From an uncultured Pelagibacteraceae bacterium (lineage in GTDB: Bacteria > Pseudomonadota > Alphaproteobacteria > Pelagibacterales > Pelagibacteraceae), in contig CACCVU010000001.1 of assembly GCA_902549495.1 (NCBI GenBank), positions 28,615 through 92,614 of the forward strand: a stretch of DNA of 64,000 nucleotides, given 5' to 3'. Positions 27,337-37,277 of the stretch are shown piece by piece. The position numbers and the translations under genes were made by a program. Every line of letters starts with the position of its first letter. The first letter of the stretch is position 1. The notes under the pieces were generated by a model that saw only the letters and a list, made by a program, of their open reading frames with translations, was not told the origin of the DNA and made no database searches.

Positions 27337-27963
27337 ATGTGCGGAAGATATAGTGTTCAGAAAAAAACTTTGCTTGTAGCTAATGGTTTAGTTAAGAAGA
27401 ATATTAATGTTGATCTCGAGCAAGACAATTTTAATTGTGCTCCTGGAGGAAAATACCCGTGCATCAAATCTGCTACTAACGGAAAATATCTTGAAATGAC
27501 TATTTTTGGCTACCTTCCATCTTGGAGTAAGCCAGATTTTAGGCGATTACACAATGCTAGATTAGAGGGTATAGAGACCAAAGTAAGTTTTAAAAAACTT
27601 ATTGTAAATTCAAGAGCGGTAGTGCCTCTCTCTGGATTTATTGAGTGGTCTAAGGTGAACGAAAAGAAAGTTCCCTACTATTTTACCAGAGCAGACTCTG
27701 AAGATATCTTTTGCCCAGCTATTCATGATGCAGGACAATTCACAATTCTTACCAGAGATGCCACTCCTCAGAATGCTAAAATTCACCACAGACAGCCAGT
27801 AATAATCTCGAAATCTCAAATTAATAATTATTTTAATTTAAATAATAATGCAGTAGAATTTTTAAAAACTGTAAAACCACCTGAGCTAAAATACCATGAA
27901 ATTTCAACTAAAATTAATAATCCAAGTGCAAACGACGCAACATTAATTAACCCTATAAACTAA
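27337..27963 (+). CDS. SOS response-associated peptidase (SRAP/YedK, abasic-site protecting)
   Basis: MCGRY N-terminus, NARLE, FIEW, IHHRQP. Confidence 0.92.
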   Translation: MCGRYSVQKKTLLVANGLVKKNINVDLEQDNFNCAPGGKYPCIKSATNGKYLEMTIFGYLPSWSKPDFRRLHNARLEGIETKVSFKKLIVNSRAVVPLSGFIEWSKVNEKKVPYYFTRADSEDIFCPAIHDAGQFTILTRDATPQNAKIHHRQPVIISKSQINNYFNLNNNAVEFLKTVKPPELKYHEISTKINNPSANDATLINPIN

Positions 27964-28773
27964 ATGAATTTATCAATTACACCTGGAACAAATAATGTTG
28001 GAGCCTACATCAACAATGTTGATTTGACGAATCTGAATAATAATCAAGCTACTGAAATAAAAAAAACTTTAGATAAATTTGGCGTAATATTTATAAAAAA
28101 CCAAAATCTTGATCCAGAGTCTTACCAGAATTTTGCCAAGCAAATAGGTCAGCCCGTAATTTATCCAAGACTTAGAGGCTTAGATGAAAAGTTTCCCTAC
28201 ATTAATGTTATTGAGAGAAAACCTGATGATAAAAGCTTGAGCTTCGGTTCATCTTGGTTACACCAAGATACGAGCTACGTGCAAACTGATAGACCTCGTT
28301 GGACAGCATTAATGGGTATTGAAATTCCTCAAGGTCAAGGTAATACAATTTTTTCTTCTGGATTTAATGCATATGAAAAACTACCAAATGAAATTAAAGA
28401 AAAAATCAAAAGTGCTACAGGAATTTTTTCTTCCGCTGGTCCTATAGCAGTTACAAGATTAGAAAGGGAAAAAGAGATGGGTATTAAGTCGTCAAAGAGT
28501 ATGGAGGCTGAACATCCTATAGTGCAAACTGTCGATGGTAAAAAAACGTTATATGTTTCACCTGGACACCTGATAAAAATAAAAAATGTTAATGAAAATG
28601 AAGCAGAGTATTTAAAAGATTATTTAATCGAGCATGTAAATAAAAAAGAATTTATTTTTTCTTATGAGTGGGCGAAAAATGATATTTGCATCTGGGATAA
28701 TTTAAGCTGCTTACACATGGCCTCAGAAATTAAAAACTGTAGAAGAGTGATGCATAGAATTACAATTAAATAA
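27964..28773 (+). CDS. TauD/TfdA family Fe(II)/2-oxoglutarate dioxygenase
   Basis: HQD facial triad, EHPIV, WDNLSCLH, RVMHR. Confidence 0.9.
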   Translation: MNLSITPGTNNVGAYINNVDLTNLNNNQATEIKKTLDKFGVIFIKNQNLDPESYQNFAKQIGQPVIYPRLRGLDEKFPYINVIERKPDDKSLSFGSSWLHQDTSYVQTDRPRWTALMGIEIPQGQGNTIFSSGFNAYEKLPNEIKEKIKSATGIFSSAGPIAVTRLEREKEMGIKSSKSMEAEHPIVQTVDGKKTLYVSPGHLIKIKNVNENEAEYLKDYLIEHVNKKEFIFSYEWAKNDICIWDNLSCLHMASEIKNCRRVMHRITIK

Positions 28774-29817
28774 TTAATCTTTTAAAATTGTAATATGACC
28801 CATTTTTCTTCCCTCTCGAGGTTCTTTTTTTAAATAATCATAAAAAAATTCATTTTTTTTAAAAGTCTTTTTTCTGTAATCAAGAATTTCAGAACCTAAA
28901 ATATTATACATTTCCGCATTAGATATTTTTCCAATTGGTTTTGAACCTAGGTTACATACTGCTCTAACATGATTTTCAAATTGGGATATATTAAAAGCAT
29001 TGATGGATAAATGATTACTGTTGTGGATTCTTGGGGCGACCTCATTTACCAATAATTCATCATCTTCGGTTATAAAAAATTCTACTGTTAATACACCTAT
29101 ATAATTAAATTTTTCAGATATTTTTTTTGCATCAGATATAGCTTTTTCAAATATTTTATTACTTATATCTGCTGGTATTTTAGATTTGAATAAGATTTGA
29201 TTTCGATGCTCATTTTCTATTGGTTGGTAAAAAGATAATGTTCCATCCTTAAATCTTGTTATAACTACTGATATCTCTTTTTTTAAATTTACTTTTTTTT
29301 CTAAAATATAATCAGCCGTAAAACACCAGTCTTTTTTAACATCATCTAGAGAATTTAAAATGAACTGACCTTTTCCATCATAGCCTAGAGTATTAGATTT
29401 TAATATTCCAGGCAAAAGATTGTGATTTTTTTTTATATCTTCAGCAGTCTTTATATAAGCCCATTCAGTTGTTTTAATGCCTAAATCATTTACAAAAGTT
29501 TTTTCAAGTTTTCTATTTTGAGCAATTTTATTTATATTAGGGTTAGGTAGGACTGGTCTTTCTTTTTCAATTAATTTTAAAAACTCTACTGGAATATTTT
29601 CAAATTCATAAGTTACGATATCCGTATTCTCTATAAATTCTTTTATTTTTTCTTTATCATCATATTTGCCATAAATAAAATTATCACAAAAATTCTGTGC
29701 AGGTCCATCTTTATCATCAGTAAATACAGTAGTAGAGATTTTTAGTTTTTTTGCTGCCGTGCAAAGAAAACTACAAAGCTGTCCCGAACCAACGATTCCA
29801 AGTCTTTTATTTAACAT
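28774..29817 (-). CDS. purK: N5-carboxyaminoimidazole ribonucleotide synthase
   Basis: GSGQL, TYEFEN, GYDGKGQ, NEVAPRIHNS, SQFENHVRA, RKMGH. Confidence 0.95.
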   Translation of the reverse strand: MLNKRLGIVGSGQLCSFLCTAAKKLKISTTVFTDDKDGPAQNFCDNFIYGKYDDKEKIKEFIENTDIVTYEFENIPVEFLKLIEKERPVLPNPNINKIAQNRKLEKTFVNDLGIKTTEWAYIKTAEDIKKNHNLLPGILKSNTLGYDGKGQFILNSLDDVKKDWCFTADYILEKKVNLKKEISVVITRFKDGTLSFYQPIENEHRNQILFKSKIPADISNKIFEKAISDAKKISEKFNYIGVLTVEFFITEDDELLVNEVAPRIHNSNHLSINAFNISQFENHVRAVCNLGSKPIGKISNAEMYNILGSEILDYRKKTFKKNEFFYDYLKKEPREGRKMGHITILKD

Positions 29818-29820
29818 TAG

Positions 29821-30309
29821 TTATCTAGGTTTTTTTTTTACCGATTGAGTTTGTAAACGTCTCCACTTATTTAAGTTTGATTTAATTTTTTCATCGTAAT
29901 TCCCAATAATAGATGCAGCTAATAAACCGGCATTAAATCCTCCTTCGATGGCCAAACAACCAATTGGCACGCCCTTCGGCATCATGACCATTGAAAGTAA
30001 AGAGTCTAAACCTTTTAGTTTTTTGCTTTCAACTGGTACACCAAGTACTGGAAGTGTTGTTAACGATGAAACCATTCCAGCAAGATGAGCTGACATCCCA
30101 GCAAAAGCACAGATCACACCAAATCCTTTTTTTTCAGCTGACTCTGCAAATTCGAACATGCGTTTTGGAGTTCTGTGTGCACTTACAATTAAAACTTCAT
30201 GCTTAATTTTAAGTTTTTTTAAAATTTCTACACAAGGCTTAGCGTGTTTTAGATCGTTGTTACTACCTAGTATAATTGCTACTTTATTATTTAGTTTATT
30301 ACGCTTCAC
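29821..30309 (-). CDS. purE: N5-CAIR mutase
   Basis: SAHRTP, AHLAGM, PVLGVPV, GLDSLLS, MPKGVP; GTG start. Confidence 0.95.
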   Translation of the reverse strand: MKRNKLNNKVAIILGSNNDLKHAKPCVEILKKLKIKHEVLIVSAHRTPKRMFEFAESAEKKGFGVICAFAGMSAHLAGMVSSLTTLPVLGVPVESKKLKGLDSLLSMVMMPKGVPIGCLAIEGGFNAGLLAASIIGNYDEKIKSNLNKWRRLQTQSVKKKPR

Positions 30310-30385
30310 AGATTAATTTAACAATTATTATTATAAAAACAATGGCCTAATTAGATTAAGCCACTGATTTATTTAGGAGGAAAGA

Positions 30386-30508
30386 TTATGCTCGAACTCT
30401 AAAATTTAGAAATTTTGGACTATTTTGAAGTTCGAAGAGAGAGATTTTTTTAAATTTCTTGTTAATATTAGTTTTTAACTTGTTTTTTTTTAACTGTTTT
30501 ATTCTCAT
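30386..30508 (-). CDS. Small basic protein (not in ORF track)
   Basis: 40 aa MRIKQLKKNKLKTNINKKFKKISLFELQNSPKFLNFRVRA with AAAAGGA SD. Confidence 0.55.
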   Translation of the reverse strand: MRIKQLKKNKLKTNINKKFKKISLFELQNSPKFLNFRVRA

Positions 30509-30583
30509 AATTCCTTTTAGTTTATTTTTAACTCAATGAGTATTGCTGAATTTGCAAACTTGAGTTGAATATAGTTTATAACG

Positions 30584-30616
30584 AAAATTTAGGCAGATAT
30601 TAGGCGTTTCTTAGCC
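30584..30616 (-). promoter_or_regulatory. Triple 11-bp-period direct repeat, putative ChvI (OmpR-family) site
   Basis: Minus strand GGCTAA-n5-GCCTAA-n5-GCCTAA; same element upstream of chvI. Confidence 0.55.
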
Positions 30617-30620
30617 AAAT

Positions 30621-31013
30621 TTAAATTTTTGCAAAAAAATCTTTAGAAAGTTTTTTTATTGACCCACTTCGATCTACCACTGCTAGTTCCACTTCTGCAC
30701 TAACAAGAACCTCCCCACCTCTTTTAACCTCTTGAAGCAAGTTTAGTCTAACGTTGGTTTTTTTTAAAACAGCTGTTTCTACACTTAGATTATCTTCAAA
30801 AACTGCTGATTTTATATATTTAATGTTGCATTTCCTAACGACAAACATTATGTCGTGCTCGTTCATAAGTTGAGTTAAAGTAAGACCAAATTTTTCATGT
30901 ATTAGCTCCGTTCTAGCCCTCTCGATATACTGAAGATATCTAGAGTAAAATACTCGACCAAAGTCAACGTCTTCAACATAAACTTTCAATTTATAAATGT
31001 GGCTTTTAGACAT
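30621..31013 (-). CDS. ybgC: YbgC/4HBT family acyl-CoA thioesterase
   Basis: VYVEDVD, YLQYIERARTE, FVVRKCNIKY..SAVFED. Confidence 0.8.
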   Translation of the reverse strand: MSKSHIYKLKVYVEDVDFGRVFYSRYLQYIERARTELIHEKFGLTLTQLMNEHDIMFVVRKCNIKYIKSAVFEDNLSVETAVLKKTNVRLNLLQEVKRGGEVLVSAEVELAVVDRSGSIKKLSKDFFAKI

Positions 31014-31121
31014 AATTTCAATCATAAGGCTAAAGTTTATCTTATTCAATAAAGTTTCAATTTCTTTTTTTGGTCCAAATTATGCCAAGCAAAGCACAGA
31101 CTCTAACTTTAAATTTTAATC

Positions 31122-31325
31122 ATGAAAATATTATCTACTTTTATGTTGTTGCTTATGTTGACTAATTGTGCTGGAAGCAACATGGCCAAAGTAAAATTTG
31201 GCAAAAGATGTACAGCTGCCGATAAAAATGGTTTAAAAGAAAGCTCGTATGTTTGGGTCATTTCAAAAGAAGCACTTAAATCATTTGATAAGAGAATAAA
31301 TAAATCTAATTGTTCAGATATTTAA
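31122..31325 (+). CDS. Small lipoprotein
   Basis: Signal peptide with LTNC lipobox. Confidence 0.75.
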   Translation: MKILSTFMLLLMLTNCAGSNMAKVKFGKRCTAADKNGLKESSYVWVISKEALKSFDKRINKSNCSDI

Positions 31326-31353
31326 TTTCCTTTTAAATTTAATTGTCTGTGCT

Positions 31354-31381
31354 AATAAGGGGTATGCGAATACCCCTTATT
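31354..31381 (+). promoter_or_regulatory. Perfect 12-bp hairpin with GNRA loop covering SD and start codon
   Basis: AATAAGGGGTAT-GCGA-ATACCCCTTATT. Confidence 0.6.
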
Positions 31382-32431
31382 CTGTGTACATTATTTTCAT
31401 TTAGTATTAATTTAAATGCTATGGAAAAACCTTACCACCATGTTTATGAAAATGGAAAGTTCAAAGAATTTAGAAACCTTCCAGCCGATGTACCACAATG
31501 GGGGAAAAGAAAGTGGCCCTATTTTAAATGGACAAAATTAAAAAAAGAAATCGATACTTTTGTTCCTAATAAGTTTCTACTTTCAAAAGAAGAAATTTTA
31601 GAAAACATAAAAAAAATGGACAAAACACCATCAATTCAGTGGCTTGGTCACAACGGATGGTTATTTAGAAATCTAAAAGGAAAAAACGTTTTGTTTGATC
31701 CTGTTCTAGGAGACACTATCGGTCCTATGAGCATATTTGGAAGCAATCGTTTCACACCAATTCCATTACAAATAGATGAATTACCTAAAATAGATGTATT
31801 AATTATTTCCCATCATCATTATGACCATAGAGACTATTTCACTTTAAAAAATATTAAGAATAAAAAAGATATTGAGGTTTTTGCTCCATTAAGATCAAAA
31901 AGTTTTTATAAATCTTTAGGTTACAAAAAAATACATGAATTAGATTGGGATGAGTCTAAAACTATAGGTGATTTAAAGTTTACAGCTAAGACTTCTTATC
32001 ACTGGAGTAAAGTCGGTCTTACAGATAGAAACAAAACATTATGGTCTTCTTACCTTCTAGAATGGGATAATAATAAAGCTTGGCTTGGTGGAGACAGCGG
32101 TTATATCAAAAAAATATTTGATGAGGTTGGAAATAAAATAGGTGGCATCTCTTTTGCGATTCTCGGGATAGCTGCTTACGATTTTAAAAAATTAGGTTTT
32201 AATGAGACTTATATGCACACAACACCTAGTCAGGCATTAGAGATGGGAAAAAGTTTAAAGGCAAAAAAAGTAATAGGATCACATTTTTTAACTTTCGTTC
32301 TTTCTTTAGAAAAAGTTCTTGATCCACCAAAATTGTTAAAAGAAAACGCTGAAAAATATGGCTATAAAAAAGACGATGCAGTGATTTTTAAGATAGGAGA
32401 AGTAAAAAATCTTAAAGAATTAACTAACTAG
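31364..32431 (+). CDS. Secreted MBL-fold metallo-hydrolase (NAPE-PLD/RomA-like)
   Basis: Signal peptide, WLGH, FDPV, ISHHHYDH, HWS, TLWSS, GGDSGY, H..P. Confidence 0.85.
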   Translation: MRIPLILCTLFSFSINLNAMEKPYHHVYENGKFKEFRNLPADVPQWGKRKWPYFKWTKLKKEIDTFVPNKFLLSKEEILENIKKMDKTPSIQWLGHNGWLFRNLKGKNVLFDPVLGDTIGPMSIFGSNRFTPIPLQIDELPKIDVLIISHHHYDHRDYFTLKNIKNKKDIEVFAPLRSKSFYKSLGYKKIHELDWDESKTIGDLKFTAKTSYHWSKVGLTDRNKTLWSSYLLEWDNNKAWLGGDSGYIKKIFDEVGNKIGGISFAILGIAAYDFKKLGFNETYMHTTPSQALEMGKSLKAKKVIGSHFLTFVLSLEKVLDPPKLLKENAEKYGYKKDDAVIFKIGEVKNLKELTN

Positions 32432-33635
32432 CTTTTCTTTTATTTCTTTCTCTCTCAAGTAAAGCAGTAAGAGAGTCTACCATAAAATCACTGGCATCGA
32501 AGATCTGGTCTCTCTTAAATTCTTTTGAAATATTTTTTTCTGAATCAGTCTTGTCCTCAATGACTATCCCTTCAGTCGGAGAGTCATCTTTTAAATAAAT
32601 ACAAATGAGCCACTCTTCTTCAGGCGTATCATCCCATTTAATATATATAGCTGACTCCTCTATCCTTTTATCTATACACCTCATTATAGGAAGATGTTTA
32701 CTTAAATATCTTTTTGAAATCATAAAACAAAGTGAGTGGGAAGCCCTGTAGAAAGACTCAAGTGCATATTCTACCTTCTCTCGTTCCTCGTTATAAATTC
32801 TCTCCTTTTCTAATAATATTTCTTTAGTATCACTGTCTTTTACTTCAACACCAAATTGAGTTAGTCGTTCTCTAATTGCTTCCTCAACTTTTTGTTGTCT
32901 TAAAGCTTTATATTTCTCTTTAATTTTTTCTATTCGTAGTTTGACTTCTTCGTAAGACTCTCTTTGTTGATTTAAGACATATTTTGAGAGTGCTTGAACT
33001 TCCTTTTCTTCTCTACGGACAAAGCTTTCTATTTTCTTTTCAAGCTGTATTTGTTCTAAAAACTTCCTTTGTTTCTCTGCACGTTCCCGTCTGAGTTCAG
33101 CTTGATCCTCGCGCAAAAATCTTTTTAGATCGATTGATAATTTGCGACTTAGTTCTTTTTCCTCTTTAAGCTCAAGAGCTTTGGCTTTTAATGCTATTTC
33201 CTCTTGCTGCATGAAGCGTTTCTTTGCCTCTATTTTTTCTCTCTCCATTTCTTTTATTTTTTTCTGTTTCTGTTTAACTCTTTCTTCTTGAATAATTTTT
33301 TTAATATTTGAAACTCGGTTAGAAATACCTTGAAAAAAATTTTGAAGAGATTTATCTATATTTAAATTAAACCTTAGCATTGATTTAATTTTGTCACTTA
33401 AACTAAGAATTCCTGAAACTACTGCTCTTGTTTTTTGAGTTTTTTTTCGCCTCGTGCTGAAAGGAATAACTTTCTTTTTTCGAGCCTTAATTTTTTTTCT
33501 TCTTATTTTGACTTTTCTTTTTATTTTAGATTTTCTTTTCGAAACTTTTTTTCTTTTTTTAATAGGTTTTCCAAATTTAAGTCTTTTTGATTTAATTGAC
33601 TTATTTTTCTTAAGTTTCTTTTTCTTTCTTTTCAT
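32424..33635 (-). CDS. Hypothetical coiled-coil protein with Lys/Arg-rich N-terminus
   Basis: About 65-aa K/R tract, long E/K/R coiled coil, globular C-terminal domain. Confidence 0.75.
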   Translation of the reverse strand: MKRKKKKLKKNKSIKSKRLKFGKPIKKRKKVSKRKSKIKRKVKIRRKKIKARKKKVIPFSTRRKKTQKTRAVVSGILSLSDKIKSMLRFNLNIDKSLQNFFQGISNRVSNIKKIIQEERVKQKQKKIKEMEREKIEAKKRFMQQEEIALKAKALELKEEKELSRKLSIDLKRFLREDQAELRRERAEKQRKFLEQIQLEKKIESFVRREEKEVQALSKYVLNQQRESYEEVKLRIEKIKEKYKALRQQKVEEAIRERLTQFGVEVKDSDTKEILLEKERIYNEEREKVEYALESFYRASHSLCFMISKRYLSKHLPIMRCIDKRIEESAIYIKWDDTPEEEWLICIYLKDDSPTEGIVIEDKTDSEKNISKEFKRDQIFDASDFMVDSLTALLERERNKRKAS

Positions 33636-33661
33636 ACTGTTATCTTATTTAATAACAGTTT

Positions 33662-34864
33662 TTAGTTATAAATGTAATCTCGAGTTCTAGAAGCAGTTGA
33701 AAAGTTCTTAACAAGTTGGATTTGAAAAACAAGTAGATCTCGATATCTAAAAGCAGCACTTGTGGAACTTAAGTAAAACTCCCACATTTTACAGAACTTT
33801 TCATCAAATAAATCTTTCATTTCAGTCCTTTTAGCTAAGAATCTTTCTCTCCATGCTTCCAAAGTTAAATCGTAATGTTTGATTAAAGACTCACAATCAT
33901 TCACAATGAATCCTGATTTTTCAATTGGTTTGATGATTTGACTATAAGATGGACATCTTCCACCTGGAAAAATACGAGTACCTATCCAGCGAGATGGTGC
34001 TGAAGGCGGTCCAACGACACCAATTGTGTGAAGTAAAAAAGTTCCATTATCTTTTAGTAAGTCGTAAGTTTTTTTAAAGAAGGTATTATAGTACTTCAGA
34101 CTTGTGTGCTCGAACATGCCAATTGAGTAAAGTTTATCGAATTTACCACCCATATCTCTATAATCTTTAAGCTCAAAACTAATTTGATTATCTAAATTTA
34201 ATTCCTTTGCATTTTGCACGGCATAATCTAGTTGGTTTTTACTCAACGTTATACCGGTTACTTCACATCCAGTTTGTTTTGCTATATATGCGGCAGCAGT
34301 TCCAAAACCACAACCGATATCTAGAATTTTATCTCCTTTTTTAATTTTTAGTTTTTTTATAATATGATTGAGTTTATTTATTTGAGCGTCTTCTAATGTT
34401 TTTGTATCATCTTTCCAAATCGCACAAGAATATTGCATATTACTGCAAAGCATATTTGTGTACAGTTTTATTCCTTTCTTGCCCCCCAAATCATAATGGC
34501 TTGATATCTGCTGTTTTGATTTTGATTTTGTATTAAAATTTGAAATATATCTCCAAACACCAAACATTTTTTTTACCAAATCGCTATAGAAAGTAATTTC
34601 GCCTCGCCCAAGATTTTTTACAAAAGCCATCAAAAATTCATGCAATGTTGCATTTTCTATTATTATTTCCTCATTAATAAATCCTTCGGGAAAATAATAT
34701 TCCGGCTCTACTAATAGTAAATATTTTAGTTTTTTGTTTAATAGCTTAACTGTTACAGGTTTTTCAGAGTTTGGCTTACCAATAACGTACTTAACGTTTT
34801 TTTCATCTTGTAAAATTATACCGTCTTCTTTATAAATTTTCGATAAGACTCTTGCTAATAACAT
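33662..34864 (-). CDS. cfa: Cyclopropane-fatty-acyl-phospholipid synthase family methyltransferase
   Basis: HYDLG, QYSCA, LDIGCGFG, GITLS..Q, DYR, GMFEH, IFPGG, MWEFYL. Confidence 0.9.
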   Translation of the reverse strand: MLLARVLSKIYKEDGIILQDEKNVKYVIGKPNSEKPVTVKLLNKKLKYLLLVEPEYYFPEGFINEEIIIENATLHEFLMAFVKNLGRGEITFYSDLVKKMFGVWRYISNFNTKSKSKQQISSHYDLGGKKGIKLYTNMLCSNMQYSCAIWKDDTKTLEDAQINKLNHIIKKLKIKKGDKILDIGCGFGTAAAYIAKQTGCEVTGITLSKNQLDYAVQNAKELNLDNQISFELKDYRDMGGKFDKLYSIGMFEHTSLKYYNTFFKKTYDLLKDNGTFLLHTIGVVGPPSAPSRWIGTRIFPGGRCPSYSQIIKPIEKSGFIVNDCESLIKHYDLTLEAWRERFLAKRTEMKDLFDEKFCKMWEFYLSSTSAAFRYRDLLVFQIQLVKNFSTASRTRDYIYN

Positions 34865-34867
34865 AAT

Positions 34868-35755
34868 TTAAGCCGCTAAGTTTTTTTCGTTATTAAATTT
34901 AAGTTTATTTAATTTTTCAATAAGTTCTTTCAGTTTTTCCTCACTTAATAAAGTAAGTGGAGGTAATATATTCTTATAATTTTCGTCTTTAATCGAATGA
35001 TAACTATGCAAAGCTGATATCAAATTATATTGATCAAATGTTTCTCTTACAGCTATTAATTGGTCGTTTTTAGTCTGTGGGATTTTATTTTCGAAATCAT
35101 CAAACACTTTTCTTGCTAGAGAGTGGGTCACATTAGTTACAGCAGAAATACATCCTGCGCAGTCATGCTCTAAACCTTTTAAAAGTTTTGCTTCGCTTCC
35201 AGGAAAAACTAAAAAATCTTTGATTTTTAAATTTTCAAATAAATTATATGATGAGTCTTTTACTCCTACAATATTTTTTGGAAATGCATTCACTAAATTT
35301 GTGACAGCTTCAACTGAAAATTTATAATTAAATAATTTCTCAAAATTATAAATTACTACCTTCACTTTAGGACACTCAGCAATTATTCTTTGAAAAAAAT
35401 TAAAGACACCTTGGTCAGAATTATTCCTGTAATAAGCTGGAGCTCCGATCAATATCTCTTTATTAAGTTCATATTCATTTGCATATTTAATTAATGAAAT
35501 TGAGTCGGAAAGACTGTTTACACCAAGCCCAATAAAAAATTGTTTTCTTAGTTTATGAGATGCTATTTTAGATATAAGTTCTTTTTTAGACGGAGAGTCT
35601 AATAATTGTGCTTGGCCAGTAGATCCCATGAAGAAAACTCCTGTGCAACCATTTTTAATTAAATTTTCTCCGTGTGTAATGGTAGCCTCAACGTTCAACG
35701 TTAAGTCTTTATTTAAAACACTTAAACTAGCTGCGTATACTCCTCGCTTTAACAT
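34868..35755 (-). CDS. Dihydrodipicolinate synthase family aldolase
   Basis: GSTGQ, YNF, GVKDSS, GCISAVTN. Confidence 0.85.
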   Translation of the reverse strand: MLKRGVYAASLSVLNKDLTLNVEATITHGENLIKNGCTGVFFMGSTGQAQLLDSPSKKELISKIASHKLRKQFFIGLGVNSLSDSISLIKYANEYELNKEILIGAPAYYRNNSDQGVFNFFQRIIAECPKVKVVIYNFEKLFNYKFSVEAVTNLVNAFPKNIVGVKDSSYNLFENLKIKDFLVFPGSEAKLLKGLEHDCAGCISAVTNVTHSLARKVFDDFENKIPQTKNDQLIAVRETFDQYNLISALHSYHSIKDENYKNILPPLTLLSEEKLKELIEKLNKLKFNNEKNLAA

Positions 35756-35802
35756 CTTATTGTCCCAATTTATTGAAATAAAATATAATATAAATTTTAG
35801 AA

Positions 35803-36759
35803 ATGAAAGTTCTGATTCTCATAAATAAAGTAGGCCTTGGAGACTGTATAATTCACATTAATTACATACATGAAATCTCAAAAAAATACGAAAAACCAGT
35901 TTCAATACTAGCTAAAGAAAATACAAGAGCAAAAGATCTTTTTCTAGATGATCCGCATATTGATGAGGTGATTACATTGGATCGCTTAAATGATAATTCA
36001 GGTAGCCATGATGGTCTAAGTGGGTTTTTTAAATTAGCAAGAGACATAAAAGAGAAAAAATTTGATAAAGTATTCATCTTTAATAGTTCTCTAAGATATT
36101 TTTTAATTTGTAAATTTGCAGGTATAAAAAAAATAGCTCAATATCCTTTATTTAAAAAAAGAGGACAACATGTTGTCAACACTGCTAAAATCTTTACCGA
36201 GAATGAACTTAATAAAATAGTATCAACCCAACCAGAACTTTTAATCAGTGAAGACAAAATTTTAAAAGCTAGAAAAGATGTGTCTCAAAGTCACAAAAAC
36301 ATTGTGCTGGGTATTAGTGCATCAGGCCAGACAAAACGCTGGGGTATTAAAAATTTTATAAAATTAATTGAAAAAATAAATGAAAAGCATCCTTCTAAAT
36401 TTTATCTAGCTGCTGGAAAAAATGATCAACAATTGATAGATGAAATATTAAATTCAAATATAGGTTCTAATTGTATTTCTTTAAATAATTTAAAGATAAA
36501 TGAGATGCTTCCTATAATAGCAAATTGTAATTTGTATTGTGGAAATGATACCGGTTTTATGCATATTAGTGCTGCTCTTAATTTAAAAACTTTAGCTTTA
36601 TTTATGGATAGTCCAGTACTTGCTTATGGAAAATATTCAAAAAATATTAATGCAATAATTCCAGAGGGAGAAACTGAGGAAACAACAACTCATGACACCA
36701 AAGGTTCAATCTCTTTTGATAAAGTTTATAATAAATGTATTGAGCTTTTAACTAACTAA
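35803..36759 (+). CDS. Glycosyltransferase family 9 (heptosyltransferase-like)
   Basis: GLGD, KRWG, GNDTGFMHISAAL. Confidence 0.9.
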   Translation: MKVLILINKVGLGDCIIHINYIHEISKKYEKPVSILAKENTRAKDLFLDDPHIDEVITLDRLNDNSGSHDGLSGFFKLARDIKEKKFDKVFIFNSSLRYFLICKFAGIKKIAQYPLFKKRGQHVVNTAKIFTENELNKIVSTQPELLISEDKILKARKDVSQSHKNIVLGISASGQTKRWGIKNFIKLIEKINEKHPSKFYLAAGKNDQQLIDEILNSNIGSNCISLNNLKINEMLPIIANCNLYCGNDTGFMHISAALNLKTLALFMDSPVLAYGKYSKNINAIIPEGETEETTTHDTKGSISFDKVYNKCIELLTN

Positions 36760-37264
36760 AATCAGTTTTTATTATTTTCTCTTTAGCTTCATTTACTAAT
36801 TGACTCAATCTAGAGCTGTCTACATTACGGTTCATATCAGGATGAATTTTTTTTTGTAATTGATTAGCTGCTTTTAAAACTTCTTCTTTACTCGCACCCT
36901 TTTTTAGTCCTAGCAATTTATAAGCTTCTTCTGAAGTAAGACTTGATGACCCTGGAGTTTGGCCAAACTGACCTTGGGAAAATCTTCCTGCGTTATTTTT
37001 CATAAATTGGATCAATCTCCACAATTGATACATTTGCAAAGCAGTAAACCCTTTAATCTTAAGCCCAGAGAGCAAGATCAACCACATTGGAAGACTGAAG
37101 ATGAATTTACCTCCAATCGTAAATAGCACAGCTAAAATTAATGATATATAAATTGCAATTTTTTTTATAGTTGTAGCTATCTTTTTTGAACTAGCTCTGG
37201 CGAACCAATTTAGAAAAAGGTAGATTACGACGAAAATGATAATTCCCAACAAAAACAAATTCAT
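36752..37264 (-). CDS. Membrane-anchored DnaJ-domain protein
   Basis: N-terminal TMs; EAYKLLGL, HPD motif. Confidence 0.88.
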   Translation of the reverse strand: MNLFLLGIIIFVVIYLFLNWFARASSKKIATTIKKIAIYISLILAVLFTIGGKFIFSLPMWLILLSGLKIKGFTALQMYQLWRLIQFMKNNAGRFSQGQFGQTPGSSSLTSEEAYKLLGLKKGASKEEVLKAANQLQKKIHPDMNRNVDSSRLSQLVNEAKEKIIKTDFS

Positions 37265-37277
37265 ATAATTTCCTATT

